Assembly (NCBI GenBank): GCA_034669905.1
Contig: JAXMOL010000008.1
Span: 116,659-180,658 of the forward strand
Source: Candidatus Hydrogenedentota bacterium
GTDB taxonomy: Bacteria > Hydrogenedentota > Hydrogenedentia > Hydrogenedentales > JAEUWI01
Direction: 5' to 3'
Length of the DNA stretch: 64,000 nt
Shown: positions 19,631-29,702 of the stretch, one piece after another
How the letters are laid out: every line of letters starts with the position of its first letter
Position numbering within the stretch: position 1 is the stretch's first letter
Notes under the pieces: model-generated
Databases searched by the model: none
What the model was told of the DNA's origin: nothing
Seen by the model: only the letters and a program-made list of their open reading frames with translations
Program-made: the position numbers and the translations under genes

Positions 19631-19804
19631 GCGCCGTGCATGACGCCCCGCTCGACCGCCCTTCCCACTGTGCTGGAACACTCAGGTTGAGGAATTCCCG
19701 ACCGGGGTGCTACCATGCACCAACGCCGCTGGGAAGCCGAATGGCTCGCCCCAGTCTGATGGTAGTTAACGTGGGGGATACTCCCCTGATCAAGGTTTGC
19801 GTCG

Positions 19805-21145
19805 ATGCTTGGCTGGAATAAATCGAAGAAGTCCCCCCCCCACACCGAGGCGACATCGCCTGCCCCGGCAAGCACGCCTGCACCAGCCCCTTCGGGCACG
19901 GCACGCCAGGCCGCGCCAACACCAGCGCGCTCGCTCCCGGCCATCCTCTTTCAGCAGGGCAAAGCCTCCCGGGAACAGCTGGAGAAGGCCCTGGCCATCC
20001 AGAAGGAAACCGGGGCATTCCTCGGCGAGATTCTGATAGAGCAGGGTATTCTCGACGAAAAATCGCTCCTTTCCTTCCTGGCCAAGTACTGCAAGATCCC
20101 CCATCTCAGTCTGCTCGACTATCTGATCGATGCCGAGGTGGCCGCCCTGGTTCCCAAAGAGGTCTGCCTCCGCCATCGACTCATTCCCATCGACAAACTG
20201 GGACGCAATCTGACCATCGCCATGGTCAATCCCCTGGACACCCAGGCGCTTCAGGTCGTACAAGAGCATTGTCCCACGCTCCGCATCAAACCCATTCTTT
20301 GCGCGCACAAGCATTTTGAAACGGTAACGGCGAAGGTATTCGGCGAGCAGACCCGACGGGCCGATTCGACAGAAATGAGCGTATCCAGCTTTGGTATCAC
20401 GCTGACACCCGCCGAGAAAGCGGCCTATGCGGAACGCAACGCAACGGCGCAGGTTGCAGCTGCCGATGACAACGCGCTCCCCGACGCCATCGCCGTCGAT
20501 TCGAAATCGGACTACGCCGAAAAGAAGATGACGGAGAGCACGATCCATAAAGTGCGGTTTGCCGGAGAAGACAACGCGGAAGACGATGATGCGGCGGATT
20601 TGGACACGGAGTCCGTCTTCGACCAGGTATTTCACGCGGAGCATGCCGACGAGAATCGCGCGGCAGCGGTTGGCACCGACGACTCCGATAAAATACTCGA
20701 AGACGTAACCCATGTCATGATGGACAGTATGCGAGACACCTACGAAATACTTGCACGGCGCATGGAACTTTTTCGTGGGGTCGACCCGGAGAACATTGCC
20801 AAGATTTTCGCACGGGGCCTGACCGTCGACTATGAGGCCGGGGATATTATCTTCAAAAAGGATCAGGTGGGCGAATCCCTCTACCTGATTCTGAATGGTA
20901 CCGTCGCCATCGAGCAGGACGGGCGAGAATTGGCCTTGCTCGGCCAGGGGGACATGTTCGGGGAAATGGCGTTGGTCAGCGAGGGCAGGCGAAGTGCCGA
21001 TGCCGTGGCGCGCGACGATATCAGCCTCCTGGGCCTCAAGATGGATATCATCGACCACATCATGCCCCGCGAAGTTTCGGTGAAGTTGCTGGTCAATATT
21101 ATCCTCACCCTGAGCCGTCGGCTCCTGGAAGCCAATTCCCGCTAG
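19805..21145 (+). CDS. MshEN/T2SSE_N domain plus cyclic-nucleotide-binding domain protein
   Basis: QLEKALAIQ..FLGEILIEQG and LTIAMVNPLD (T2SSE_N); C-terminal LYLILNG...FGEMAL....RSADAVA (cNMP). Confidence 0.8.
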   Translation: MLGWNKSKKSPPHTEATSPAPASTPAPAPSGTARQAAPTPARSLPAILFQQGKASREQLEKALAIQKETGAFLGEILIEQGILDEKSLLSFLAKYCKIPHLSLLDYLIDAEVAALVPKEVCLRHRLIPIDKLGRNLTIAMVNPLDTQALQVVQEHCPTLRIKPILCAHKHFETVTAKVFGEQTRRADSTEMSVSSFGITLTPAEKAAYAERNATAQVAAADDNALPDAIAVDSKSDYAEKKMTESTIHKVRFAGEDNAEDDDAADLDTESVFDQVFHAEHADENRAAAVGTDDSDKILEDVTHVMMDSMRDTYEILARRMELFRGVDPENIAKIFARGLTVDYEAGDIIFKKDQVGESLYLILNGTVAIEQDGRELALLGQGDMFGEMALVSEGRRSADAVARDDISLLGLKMDIIDHIMPREVSVKLLVNIILTLSRRLLEANSR

Positions 21146-23403
21146 CCTTCTTCGACTTCCAGGCGCTTCTCTGGCGGGTCAGGAAAGGGCGCCATCCCCA
21201 AGGCCCCTTCGACCTGCTCCGCCAAATCGCACACGCGGAAAAGACTTCGGGTGTAGTAATAGCCAATCTTGTGGAGCGAATCCGAGGCCGTAACGCTGAG
21301 ATTGAAGAGGTCACGCACAGGCGGCACGTAGGGGATGGCATACTGGCCCACACTCACTTTCCCCGATGCATGGAGATAGGGGTATTCGCACTCACCCAGT
21401 CCGCCTTGCAACTGCCCCAGTCCCTCGGCCATTTCTCCCGCCAGCCGTTGTAGCTGACGCATTACGTCGTGGACGAGCCGACCCGAGTGGTCCGCGCGCA
21501 TATAGACATCCAGCGTAAGCTGGGCCTCCGACAACGAATTGATAACATCAAAATAGCGGCTGAATACCCGAGGTCCGATGAGGGCTTTCTCGGCCTCGTC
21601 GATCAACGGAATGCCCCACCCGATTTTTTGATAAACGGGCGGATGGTGAAGCAATCGCAGGGCGCAAATTATGCGACGATAGGTCAATGCCCGGAAGTGC
21701 TCCAGCACCACCAGGGCGACCTCCCGCTCTTCGGCCAGTTCCAGGATTCGGTGGGGGATATCCTCGGCGCGGGGAATTCTGACCGACGTGGTCTTAAAGC
21801 GACTGATATCGACCCGATAGCCACGCAGGGCCTGCAGCACGCGCAGTACCGCCACGCCCTCATCCGCCTCTTCGAAAGCCCGAACCGCTTCGGGCACTTC
21901 GCTGAGCATCCCGGCGAGCTGGGTTCGTGTCTCCCGCAAGGTCGTGCGGAGTGCCGCGGGATCTTCGGGAAGCTCCAGTCGTCGTTCCGCGAAGAGCAGG
22001 GGAAAACCATGGGAAAAGGCGTGTTGTAAAATCCGTCCGCCCGCCTTTTGTTCCTTGCGTCGGGTCCGCTCTTCTTCCAGCAGTGTTTTCAGGGGCACCA
22101 GATTGCGCTGGGTCACCCCGTCGCCCAGCATATCCCGGTACAGCGACAGGGACATACGTCGGGCGCGCTCTTCAAAATTGCGCAGCAACAACGTCGAAGG
22201 CAGGGACTGATGATAGATTCCCGGTGCCGGTTCTCGGGCCACCCGTTGCATACGCGCCCGGTCAGCGGGATGGGTATCGTTCCAGGCCGTCTGGGTCTTG
22301 GACACCGCCTGGCGTACTTTTTCCAGCACCGAAGGCGGAAGGTCGCTGGCATTAAAGGCGATGAGTGACGGGAAGTTGTCCACGAGTCGCTGCTCATGCC
22401 AGGCCATCTGGAGTTGGCTGAAGGTAAACTGGGTCGCCACGCCCATCAATCGCATCTGCCAGCAGGTATCGTTAAAGACATCACTCCCCGCAAGCCGGGC
22501 CTCCGACTTATCCGCATCGTATTCCATCTGGCGCAACAACACACAGCTCATGGCATGCCCGACCATCATGAAAACCCACAACACCCAGCGGGTACACCAG
22601 ACCGCCACGCGCAGGGCACCAAAAAAGGGTCCTAACAGGCCGCCGTGCGCCGTCTTTTCCGCCAACCACACATCCCACGCATCGCGTTCATAGACGCTGC
22701 GATGCAACCAGCTATTAATCCGGTTGATGAGATAGGAGAGGCGCATTCCGGTACCCTGGGAGAAGTGGCCGAATTCATGGGCCAACACGCCGGCAAGCTG
22801 GCGGGTTGTCAGGCCGGTAAGGAGGGGCATACCGATTATCAGGACGAGGTTGTTGTTCCAGAAACTCAGCAGGCCCCGCTCAAAACTGGCTCCGGCATTG
22901 ACTTCCATCACGAAATCGATCCGGACCGGTCGCGGTGCCCCGACGGCGTCACTCACGCTCGCTACAAACTCGAAAAGGAGCGGCTCCTCTTCGGGACGGA
23001 CCGCATAGCGCCCCCGCCCTCCGGATGGACGCGCAAAGAGGGGCTTCAGCAAAAACATGATGAGTCCCACCCCCAGCGCAATGGGAGCCAGGTAGAGCGC
23101 CACCATTTTCACCGCACTGCGCGATTCCTGAAACAGGGCCAGATTGGCCGTGGCATGAAAATAGACGCCCACGCCTACCAGGGCAATCAGGCCCACATAG
23201 CACAACGGCAGCAGTGCCATGCCCAGTGCCACCAGGGCCACCCCCACGCGGTAGCCCATGGTGACCCGTTTTCGGCCCACCCGGGGCACCGTGTCTAGAA
23301 AGGGCCCCAGAATCTGTTGGCGCAAAGCGGCCGCTGTGGAGACACCTTCAACACCCGGCACTCCCCCACGTTGTCCCATAAAAAATTTCCTCATCGTCGT
23401 CAT
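21142..23403 (-). CDS. M48-family membrane zinc metalloprotease with a long helical C-terminus
   Basis: Transmembrane segments, LAHEFGH, RQMEYDAD and THP motifs. Confidence 0.85.
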   Translation of the reverse strand: MTTMRKFFMGQRGGVPGVEGVSTAAALRQQILGPFLDTVPRVGRKRVTMGYRVGVALVALGMALLPLCYVGLIALVGVGVYFHATANLALFQESRSAVKMVALYLAPIALGVGLIMFLLKPLFARPSGGRGRYAVRPEEEPLLFEFVASVSDAVGAPRPVRIDFVMEVNAGASFERGLLSFWNNNLVLIIGMPLLTGLTTRQLAGVLAHEFGHFSQGTGMRLSYLINRINSWLHRSVYERDAWDVWLAEKTAHGGLLGPFFGALRVAVWCTRWVLWVFMMVGHAMSCVLLRQMEYDADKSEARLAGSDVFNDTCWQMRLMGVATQFTFSQLQMAWHEQRLVDNFPSLIAFNASDLPPSVLEKVRQAVSKTQTAWNDTHPADRARMQRVAREPAPGIYHQSLPSTLLLRNFEERARRMSLSLYRDMLGDGVTQRNLVPLKTLLEEERTRRKEQKAGGRILQHAFSHGFPLLFAERRLELPEDPAALRTTLRETRTQLAGMLSEVPEAVRAFEEADEGVAVLRVLQALRGYRVDISRFKTTSVRIPRAEDIPHRILELAEEREVALVVLEHFRALTYRRIICALRLLHHPPVYQKIGWGIPLIDEAEKALIGPRVFSRYFDVINSLSEAQLTLDVYMRADHSGRLVHDVMRQLQRLAGEMAEGLGQLQGGLGECEYPYLHASGKVSVGQYAIPYVPPVRDLFNLSVTASDSLHKIGYYYTRSLFRVCDLAEQVEGALGMAPFPDPPEKRLEVEEG

Positions 23404-23481
23404 ATCGTGCTGAACTACTTCAGCAACTCTAAATCACGCGATGAGGAAATCACAACTTGCGAGGGGGTATCTGGAGCGGTA

Positions 23482-25194
23482 TCAGCCGCCTTTCTTCTGC
23501 GCCTTCGCCCAGGCGTCCTTCAAGGTAACGGTCCGATTGAATACCGCACTCTTCCGGGTGTGATCGTGCACATCGGCACAGTAGTAACCCAGGCGCTCAA
23601 ACTGCACCCGCTCACCGGCCTTCACTTCGGACAGCGCAGGCTCAATCAAACAGCCCGTACGCACTTCCAGGCTGCCTGGATTGATGTTGGTGGTCCAGTG
23701 CTGGCCTTTCTTACCGCGATTCGGATTCTCTTTGGTAAAGAGCTGGTTGTAGTTGCGCACCTCCGCCGTTTCCGCGTGGGCTTCAGAAACCCAGTGCAAC
23801 GTGGCCTTGACCTTCCGGCCATCGGGGGCGTTGCCGCCTTTGGTCTCGGGATCGTAGGTACAGCGCAACTCGATGACTTCGCCCGTTTCCGGGTCCTTGA
23901 TTACGTCGGTGCAGGTCACGAAGTAGGCGTAGCGCAGGCGCACTTCCCGGCCTGGCGCCAGGCGGAAGAACTTTTTGGGCGGATCTTCCATGAAGTCTTC
24001 CCGCTCGATATAGATGGTCTTGGAGAAGGGCACAATGCGGGTACCCGCCGAGGGGTCTTCCGGGTTGTTCACCGCCTCCAGCTCATCCACCTGATCTTCG
24101 GGATAATTCTCGATCACGACTTTCAGGGGATCGACCACCGCCATATAGCGCGGCGCCGTCTTATTCAACTCATCGCGCACAAAGTGCTCCAGCCAGGCAA
24201 AGTCTACCGTGCTGTTGGCCTTGGCCACACCGACGGCTTCACAAAAATCACGGATGGCCTTGGGCGGATAGCCACGACGACGCATGCCGGAAATGGTAGG
24301 CATGCGGGGGTCATCCCACCCGTTGACGTGATTATCGTTCACCAGGGTCAGCAGGTTCCGCTTACTCATCATCGTGTAGCCGATATTGAGGCGCGCAAAT
24401 TCAATCTGCTGGGGGTGGTGAATACCCAGGGCGTTGATATACCAATCGTAGAGGGGCCGGTGATCCTCGAATTCCAGCGTGCAGATGGAATGGGTCACCC
24501 CTTCAATGGAATCGGACTGGCCGTGGGTAAAATCATACATGGGGTAGATCTTCCACTTGCTGCCGGTCCGGTGGTGCTCGGCCTTGAGGACGCGGTACAT
24601 GACCGGGTCCCGCAGATTGAGGTTGGGGGCCGCCATATCGATTTTGGCGCGCAGCACCTTGCTGCCCTCTTCGTACTCACCGGCCGCCATACGGGCAAAG
24701 AGGTCCAGATTCTCTTCCACACTGCGGTCCCGGTAGGGGCTGTTTTTTCCCGGCTCGGTGAGGGTACCGCGGTATTCCTTCATTTCATCGAAGCTCAGGT
24801 CACAGACATAGGCCTTACCTTCTTCAATGAGTTTGATGGCCCAGTCGTAAAGCTGGTCGAAATAATCAGACGCATAGTACTCGTGTTCGCCCCAGTCGAA
24901 GCCCAACCAACGCACGTCCTCTTTGATGGACTGTACGTATTCGTCTTCTTCTTTGGAGGGATTTGTATCATCAAAACGCAGGTGGCAGCGGCCATCATAG
25001 CGCTCGGCCAGTCCGAAATTGAGGCAAATGGACTTGGCGTGACCAATATGGAGGTAGCCGTTGGGCTCCGGGGGAAAGCGTGTCACGACCTTACCGTCGT
25101 TCTTCCCGGCGGCACGGTCTTCTTCAATGATATTGCGAACGAAGTTGGATACTCTCCGCCCTTCGGAGTTTTCTGGGGCGTTCGATGAACTCAT
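23482..25194 (-). CDS. glnS: Glutamine--tRNA ligase
   Basis: [22 protein letters not shown] and QFERLGY motifs. Confidence 0.96.
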   Translation of the reverse strand: MSSSNAPENSEGRRVSNFVRNIIEEDRAAGKNDGKVVTRFPPEPNGYLHIGHAKSICLNFGLAERYDGRCHLRFDDTNPSKEEDEYVQSIKEDVRWLGFDWGEHEYYASDYFDQLYDWAIKLIEEGKAYVCDLSFDEMKEYRGTLTEPGKNSPYRDRSVEENLDLFARMAAGEYEEGSKVLRAKIDMAAPNLNLRDPVMYRVLKAEHHRTGSKWKIYPMYDFTHGQSDSIEGVTHSICTLEFEDHRPLYDWYINALGIHHPQQIEFARLNIGYTMMSKRNLLTLVNDNHVNGWDDPRMPTISGMRRRGYPPKAIRDFCEAVGVAKANSTVDFAWLEHFVRDELNKTAPRYMAVVDPLKVVIENYPEDQVDELEAVNNPEDPSAGTRIVPFSKTIYIEREDFMEDPPKKFFRLAPGREVRLRYAYFVTCTDVIKDPETGEVIELRCTYDPETKGGNAPDGRKVKATLHWVSEAHAETAEVRNYNQLFTKENPNRGKKGQHWTTNINPGSLEVRTGCLIEPALSEVKAGERVQFERLGYYCADVHDHTRKSAVFNRTVTLKDAWAKAQKKGG

Positions 25195-25373
25195 CGGGAC
25201 TCTTTCGTGGTACGTCAATGCGATCGGGCGCATCCGTTGTTAGGGGGTCGAAATGGGGTGGCCCACATCGCGTGGCAATCGGGAAAGGCCAGAATTCGCA
25301 CGGGAGACACCGCCCCTATTATCCGGTACGGGCCGAGATCGGTTCAAGTTGTGCGAGATTGGTGCGGCCTGAC

Positions 25374-25514
25374 AAGGACCTAAAGGACGGAAAGGACAAA
25401 GGCACCTGATGCGCCGGGCCAGGAACCCAGGCACGTTAGACGCCTACACATCGGTGACCACTTCGAACCCCGAAAGCATCACTTCCCAGTCCTTTGGGTC
25501 CTTTCCTGCCCGTT
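25374..25514. repeat. Inverted pair of 9-bp-period arrays (AAGGAC x3 / GTCCTT x2-3)
   Basis: AAGGAC at 25374, 25383 and 25392; GTCCTT at 25489 and 25498, with a degenerate GCCCGTT at 25508. Confidence 0.75.
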
Positions 25515-25674
25515 CAACGCCTGACTCCCACGGCCCGAAACGCCCGTTTGAGTCGTGGGCGGCAATACAGTAGACTGAAGCTCCTTCCTGCGCGAAGCGC
25601 CCATTGCTACCAGCGGGCATTCGTAGCAGCGTGTGGGATGAGCAGTTGTCGAACTATCTGGAGAGGGAAATTCG

Positions 25675-26802
25675 ATGTTACGTTCTTTTGAGCGCGCTTC
25701 GTCGCGCACGGTTATTTTTGGGGCGGCCATCATGTCCGCCGTAGGCATGACCCTGACGGGGTGTGGTGGCAGTGATGGTGGTGCGGACGGCGATGCCAGC
25801 ACAGCACCAGCCGCCTCCGACGGGGCAGCGGATTCCATCAAACTGCACGTCGTGCCCGAAGGCGAATCGATCGACCTCGCCTATGTCACCAACGGCATCG
25901 ACCCCTTCTGGACCATTGCCGCTGCCGGGGTGAAGGCCGCCGCGAAAGACCTCGACGTTAACGCGGAAGTACTCATGCCGCCCAAAGGCGTGGTCGATCA
26001 GAAGCGCATGATGGAAAACGCCCTGGCACGGGGCATCGATGGCCTGGCCATCAGCCCCATTGACGCGGCCAACCAGGTGGCCTTCATCAACCAGGCTGCC
26101 AAAGTCACCAATGTCATCACCCAGGATTCTGACGCCCCCGATGCCAACCGTCTTTGCTTCATCGGCATGGACAACTACAAGGCGGGCCGGGAAGCGGGCA
26201 AGCTTATCAAGGAAGTCATCCCCGATGGCGGCAAGGTCATGATCTTTGTCGGACGTCTGGAACAGCTCAACGCCCAGCAACGGCGGCAGGGGGTCATCGA
26301 CGAGTTGATTGACGCGCCCATGCAGGATGGTAATAACCTGAACGTGAGCCCGCCGTCCACCCCGATCAAAGGGGAAAAATACGAAATCATCTCCACGCTG
26401 ACGGACAATTTCGACTACGCCAAGGCGAAGTCGAATGCGGAAGATGCGATGGCAGCCAATCCGGATCTCGCCTGCATGGTGGGTCTCTTCGCCTATAACA
26501 TTCCCAACTGTCTTCAGGCCGTCGAAGGGGCAGGCAAGCTCAACCAGATTAAGATGGTGAGCTTTGATGAGGCCGACGACACCCTCGCGGCCATCGCGGC
26601 AGGCACGGTCCACGGTACGGTCAGCCAGCAACCTTTCGAATATGGCTATCAGTCTATCCGCATCCTCAAAGGCCTTGCCCAGGGCGACGCCAGCGTATTG
26701 CCTGAAGGCGGCACACTGGAAGTCCCGGTGGTCCTCGTTCGCAAAGCGAATGTGGAAGAATTCACGGCCAAGTTGGCGGAACTGAAGGCACTGGGTGCCT
26801 GA
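25675..26802 (+). CDS. Sugar ABC transporter substrate-binding lipoprotein (RbsB-like)
   Basis: Lipobox LTGC; DPFW, IGMDNYKAG and QQPFEYG motifs. Confidence 0.9.
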   Translation: MLRSFERASSRTVIFGAAIMSAVGMTLTGCGGSDGGADGDASTAPAASDGAADSIKLHVVPEGESIDLAYVTNGIDPFWTIAAAGVKAAAKDLDVNAEVLMPPKGVVDQKRMMENALARGIDGLAISPIDAANQVAFINQAAKVTNVITQDSDAPDANRLCFIGMDNYKAGREAGKLIKEVIPDGGKVMIFVGRLEQLNAQQRRQGVIDELIDAPMQDGNNLNVSPPSTPIKGEKYEIISTLTDNFDYAKAKSNAEDAMAANPDLACMVGLFAYNIPNCLQAVEGAGKLNQIKMVSFDEADDTLAAIAAGTVHGTVSQQPFEYGYQSIRILKGLAQGDASVLPEGGTLEVPVVLVRKANVEEFTAKLAELKALGA

Positions 26803-26891
26803 GGCGCGGTAACATCGCAACCGACGTTGATACGGGGCACCGGTCAGTATCTGGCCTGTGCCCTGCTTGATCAGCCCGTCGGAGCGAGGGA

Positions 26892-28415
26892 GTGAGAGTG
26901 ATGACGGATGTGCGTTCTGCTGCGCCGCTGCTTCAAGTGACCCAACTCAGTAAGCAATTCCCCGGCGTGCGCGCCCTGGATGGTGTCGGTCTTTCCCTGT
27001 ACCCCGGTGAGGTGCTGGCCGTCATCGGCGAGAACGGCGCGGGTAAGAGCACGCTGATGAAAATACTGGCGGGAATTCAGCCCCCCGACGCGGGGGAAAT
27101 TCGGCTCGATGGTGAGGTGGTTTCTATCGATTCCATCCAGGCGGCGAGCAGGCTGGGCATCTCGCTTATCCACCAGGAACTCAACCTGGCCGACAACCTG
27201 GACATTGGCTCCAACATTTTTCTTGGACGGGAGCCCCATCGCTGGGGCGTGGTAGACCGTCGGGCGGTGGACCAGGCATCCAAGGAATTGCTGGAGGAGG
27301 TGGGTCTTGATTATTCCCCCCGGACGCTGGTGCGCAACCTCTCTGTGGGGCAACAGCAGATGGTGGAAATCGCCAAGGCCCTTTCGGTTCAGAGTCGCGT
27401 TCTCATCATGGATGAACCCACCTCCAGCCTGTCCCAGCGCGAGACGGACAATCTCTATCGCGTGATTCATTCCCTTCGCGACGCCGGGGTCAGCATCATC
27501 TACATCTCCCACCGCCTCGGCGAAGTGACCGATCTGGCCGACCGGGTGGTGGTCCTCCGCGACGGACACAACGCGGGTGACCTGGCAAAATCAGAAATCA
27601 ATCATGACAACATGGTCAAACTCATGGTGGGCCGTGATTTCTCGGAGGTCCGCGCCTACACGCCCCGCCCCCTGGGCGAAGAGGTCTTACGCGTAAATGG
27701 TCTGGTGACCGCCATGCACCCCAAACACCCCATCTCCTTCCAAGTACGCGCCGGCGAAATCGTGGGTATCGGCGGCTTGGTGGGTGCCGGACGCACGGAA
27801 CTGCTCCAGGCCCTCTTTGGCGTCGTGCCCCCCCTGGCCGGCACGATATCCGTGGCCCAGGAAGAGACCCAGATCACCTGCCCCATCGATGCCATCGAAG
27901 CGGGCATCGCCCTCGTCCCGGAGGATCGCAAGCAACACGGCCTGATCCTGGAGATGGCCGTGCGCGAGAATTGCAGCCTCGCCAGTGTAAAGCGAGACCA
28001 GAACCGGGGGCTGTTGAACCGGGAAGAAGAACGGTGTATCTGCCGGGAGATGGTCGAAAAACTCCGTATCAAGACCCCTTCGGACCAGCAGATCGCCCAG
28101 GTTCTCTCGGGTGGTAATCAACAGAAGGTGGTCTTGGGGAAATGGCTGGCCATGAAACCCCGCATCCTGTTGCTCGACGAGCCCACGCGCGGTATCGATG
28201 TGGGGGCCAAACGCGAAATCTATCAGCTCATGGAAGAACTGGCCGAATCTGGCGTGGCCATTATCTTCGTATCCAGTGAAATGGAAGAGATTCTGCACCT
28301 GCCAGACCGGGCACTTATCTTTCACGAAGGGGCCCTGACGGGCGAACTTTCCCACGAGGACCTCACGGAAGAGGCGGTGATGCATCTGGCGACGGGTTCC
28401 GTAGTGGCTGCCTAG
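26892..28415 (+). CDS. Sugar ABC transporter ATP-binding protein (RbsA-like, tandem NBDs)
   Basis: GENGAGKST, PEDRK, LSGGNQQK and DEPTRGIDVG. Exact start uncertain (26892-26901). Confidence 0.92.
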   Translation: MRVMTDVRSAAPLLQVTQLSKQFPGVRALDGVGLSLYPGEVLAVIGENGAGKSTLMKILAGIQPPDAGEIRLDGEVVSIDSIQAASRLGISLIHQELNLADNLDIGSNIFLGREPHRWGVVDRRAVDQASKELLEEVGLDYSPRTLVRNLSVGQQQMVEIAKALSVQSRVLIMDEPTSSLSQRETDNLYRVIHSLRDAGVSIIYISHRLGEVTDLADRVVVLRDGHNAGDLAKSEINHDNMVKLMVGRDFSEVRAYTPRPLGEEVLRVNGLVTAMHPKHPISFQVRAGEIVGIGGLVGAGRTELLQALFGVVPPLAGTISVAQEETQITCPIDAIEAGIALVPEDRKQHGLILEMAVRENCSLASVKRDQNRGLLNREEERCICREMVEKLRIKTPSDQQIAQVLSGGNQQKVVLGKWLAMKPRILLLDEPTRGIDVGAKREIYQLMEELAESGVAIIFVSSEMEEILHLPDRALIFHEGALTGELSHEDLTEEAVMHLATGSVVAA

Positions 28416-28479
28416 AGGGCCATACGTGGATAGGTACATTCTACGAGACATTAATTTATAAAGGAGTACGCAGAGGCGT

Positions 28480-29445
28480 ATGAAAAAAATACTGGGTATT
28501 TTCGGGTTACTGGTGGTGGTATTTGTCTTTACCGCGATGAACAGTGACAACTTCCTCTCCGCCTACAACATGCAGAACACCTTCCGCTGGATTGGCCTTT
28601 TCGGCGTCATTGGCGTTGGGGTGGCCATGGTCATCATCACCGGGGGTATCGACCTGTCCATCGGCTCGGTCATTGGGCTGGTCGGGTCCTTGCTGGCCCT
28701 CTTCCTCGCCAAAGGCTACTCCCCCTGGGTCATGGTTCCCGCCTTACTCGCAGGCTCCGCGGCCATTGGCTTGTTTCATGGCTTGCTCATCACCAAGGTG
28801 CGGTTACAACCCTTCGTCGTGACCTTGTGCAGTCTGCTCTTTCTTCGGGGTATCGGACGCTACGCCACGGCCGACCAGAGTGTGGGCTTCGGGCAGGGCT
28901 ATGAAACCCTGGGCATCCTCGCCCACGGCAGTATTCCCCTCGGCGGCTTTTCGCTGCCCGTGCCTTTTATCTCCATGCTGATTGTCGCGCTCATCGCCGG
29001 CTTCCTGCTGCAGTTCACCATCTATGGACGTTATCTCTTCGCCCTCGGGCGCAATGAAGAGGCAGCCCGCTACAGCGGTATCAATACCGACCGCGTCACC
29101 ATCGGTGCCTATGTGTTCTGCTCCCTTTGTGCAGGCTTCAGCGGCATTGTGTTCGCCCTCGATCTCAACACCGTCCAACCTGCCGGCATGGGGGAATTTT
29201 ACGAACTCTATGCCATTGCCGCCGCCGTGTTGGGGGGGTGCAGCCTCCGGGGCGGCGAAGGCTCCATCATCGGAGTCGTCATTGGTACGGCCGTTATTAT
29301 CGTGTTGAAAAACGCCATCAATATCCTCAACCTGCCCTCCCAGCTTGAGTTTGCCATCATTGGCGCCGTGTTGTTGGCGGGTGTTATTGTAGATGAACTG
29401 GTCAAACGGATGGTGGCCCGTAAACGTGCGGAAGTCGCGGGATAG
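28480..29445 (+). CDS. Sugar ABC transporter permease (RbsC-like)
   Basis: GGIDLSIG, PFVVTL, GRNEEAARYSG and YELYAIAAAVLGG. Confidence 0.92.
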   Translation: MKKILGIFGLLVVVFVFTAMNSDNFLSAYNMQNTFRWIGLFGVIGVGVAMVIITGGIDLSIGSVIGLVGSLLALFLAKGYSPWVMVPALLAGSAAIGLFHGLLITKVRLQPFVVTLCSLLFLRGIGRYATADQSVGFGQGYETLGILAHGSIPLGGFSLPVPFISMLIVALIAGFLLQFTIYGRYLFALGRNEEAARYSGINTDRVTIGAYVFCSLCAGFSGIVFALDLNTVQPAGMGEFYELYAIAAAVLGGCSLRGGEGSIIGVVIGTAVIIVLKNAINILNLPSQLEFAIIGAVLLAGVIVDELVKRMVARKRAEVAG

Positions 29446-29536
29446 GTCTATCGCCTTATCTCGCCTTTAACGGAGACCACGACAATAACCAGGAAATCAC
29501 GTACCCGACGCATTGACCTCAGGGTGGCACGGACCA

Positions 29537-29637
29537 GGGGCGTCAGTCCTTGACCGTGAAATGCTCGGTGTGGGCACTCACCATGGCTGTGTCCCGCGGT
29601 CACGGTCAAGCCCTACCGGGCCTGACGGAGGCACCCC
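29537..29637. repeat. Intergenic inverted-repeat element
   Basis: Perfect 11-bp IR CTTGACCGTGA (29549) / TCACGGTCAAG (29600), with outer CGTCAG/CTGACG and GGGG/CCCC. Confidence 0.55.
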
Positions 29638-29702
29638 GGGTCGTTTTTGAGATTCCGATCCAGACTATAGGTTAACTGAAATACGCAAGGGAGAAATTCA
29701 CC

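Noticed and set aside
21142..21145. Convergent stop codons overlapping at CTAG (also 32408-32411)
   Set aside because: Four-base tail-to-tail overlaps are common and need no special explanation.
23317..25188. Long antisense ORFs (also 37485-39557, 45042-46850, 53718-55052, 55443-57143 and others)
   Set aside because: They are shadows of well-identified genes, expected from high GC3 codon bias, and show no protein motifs.
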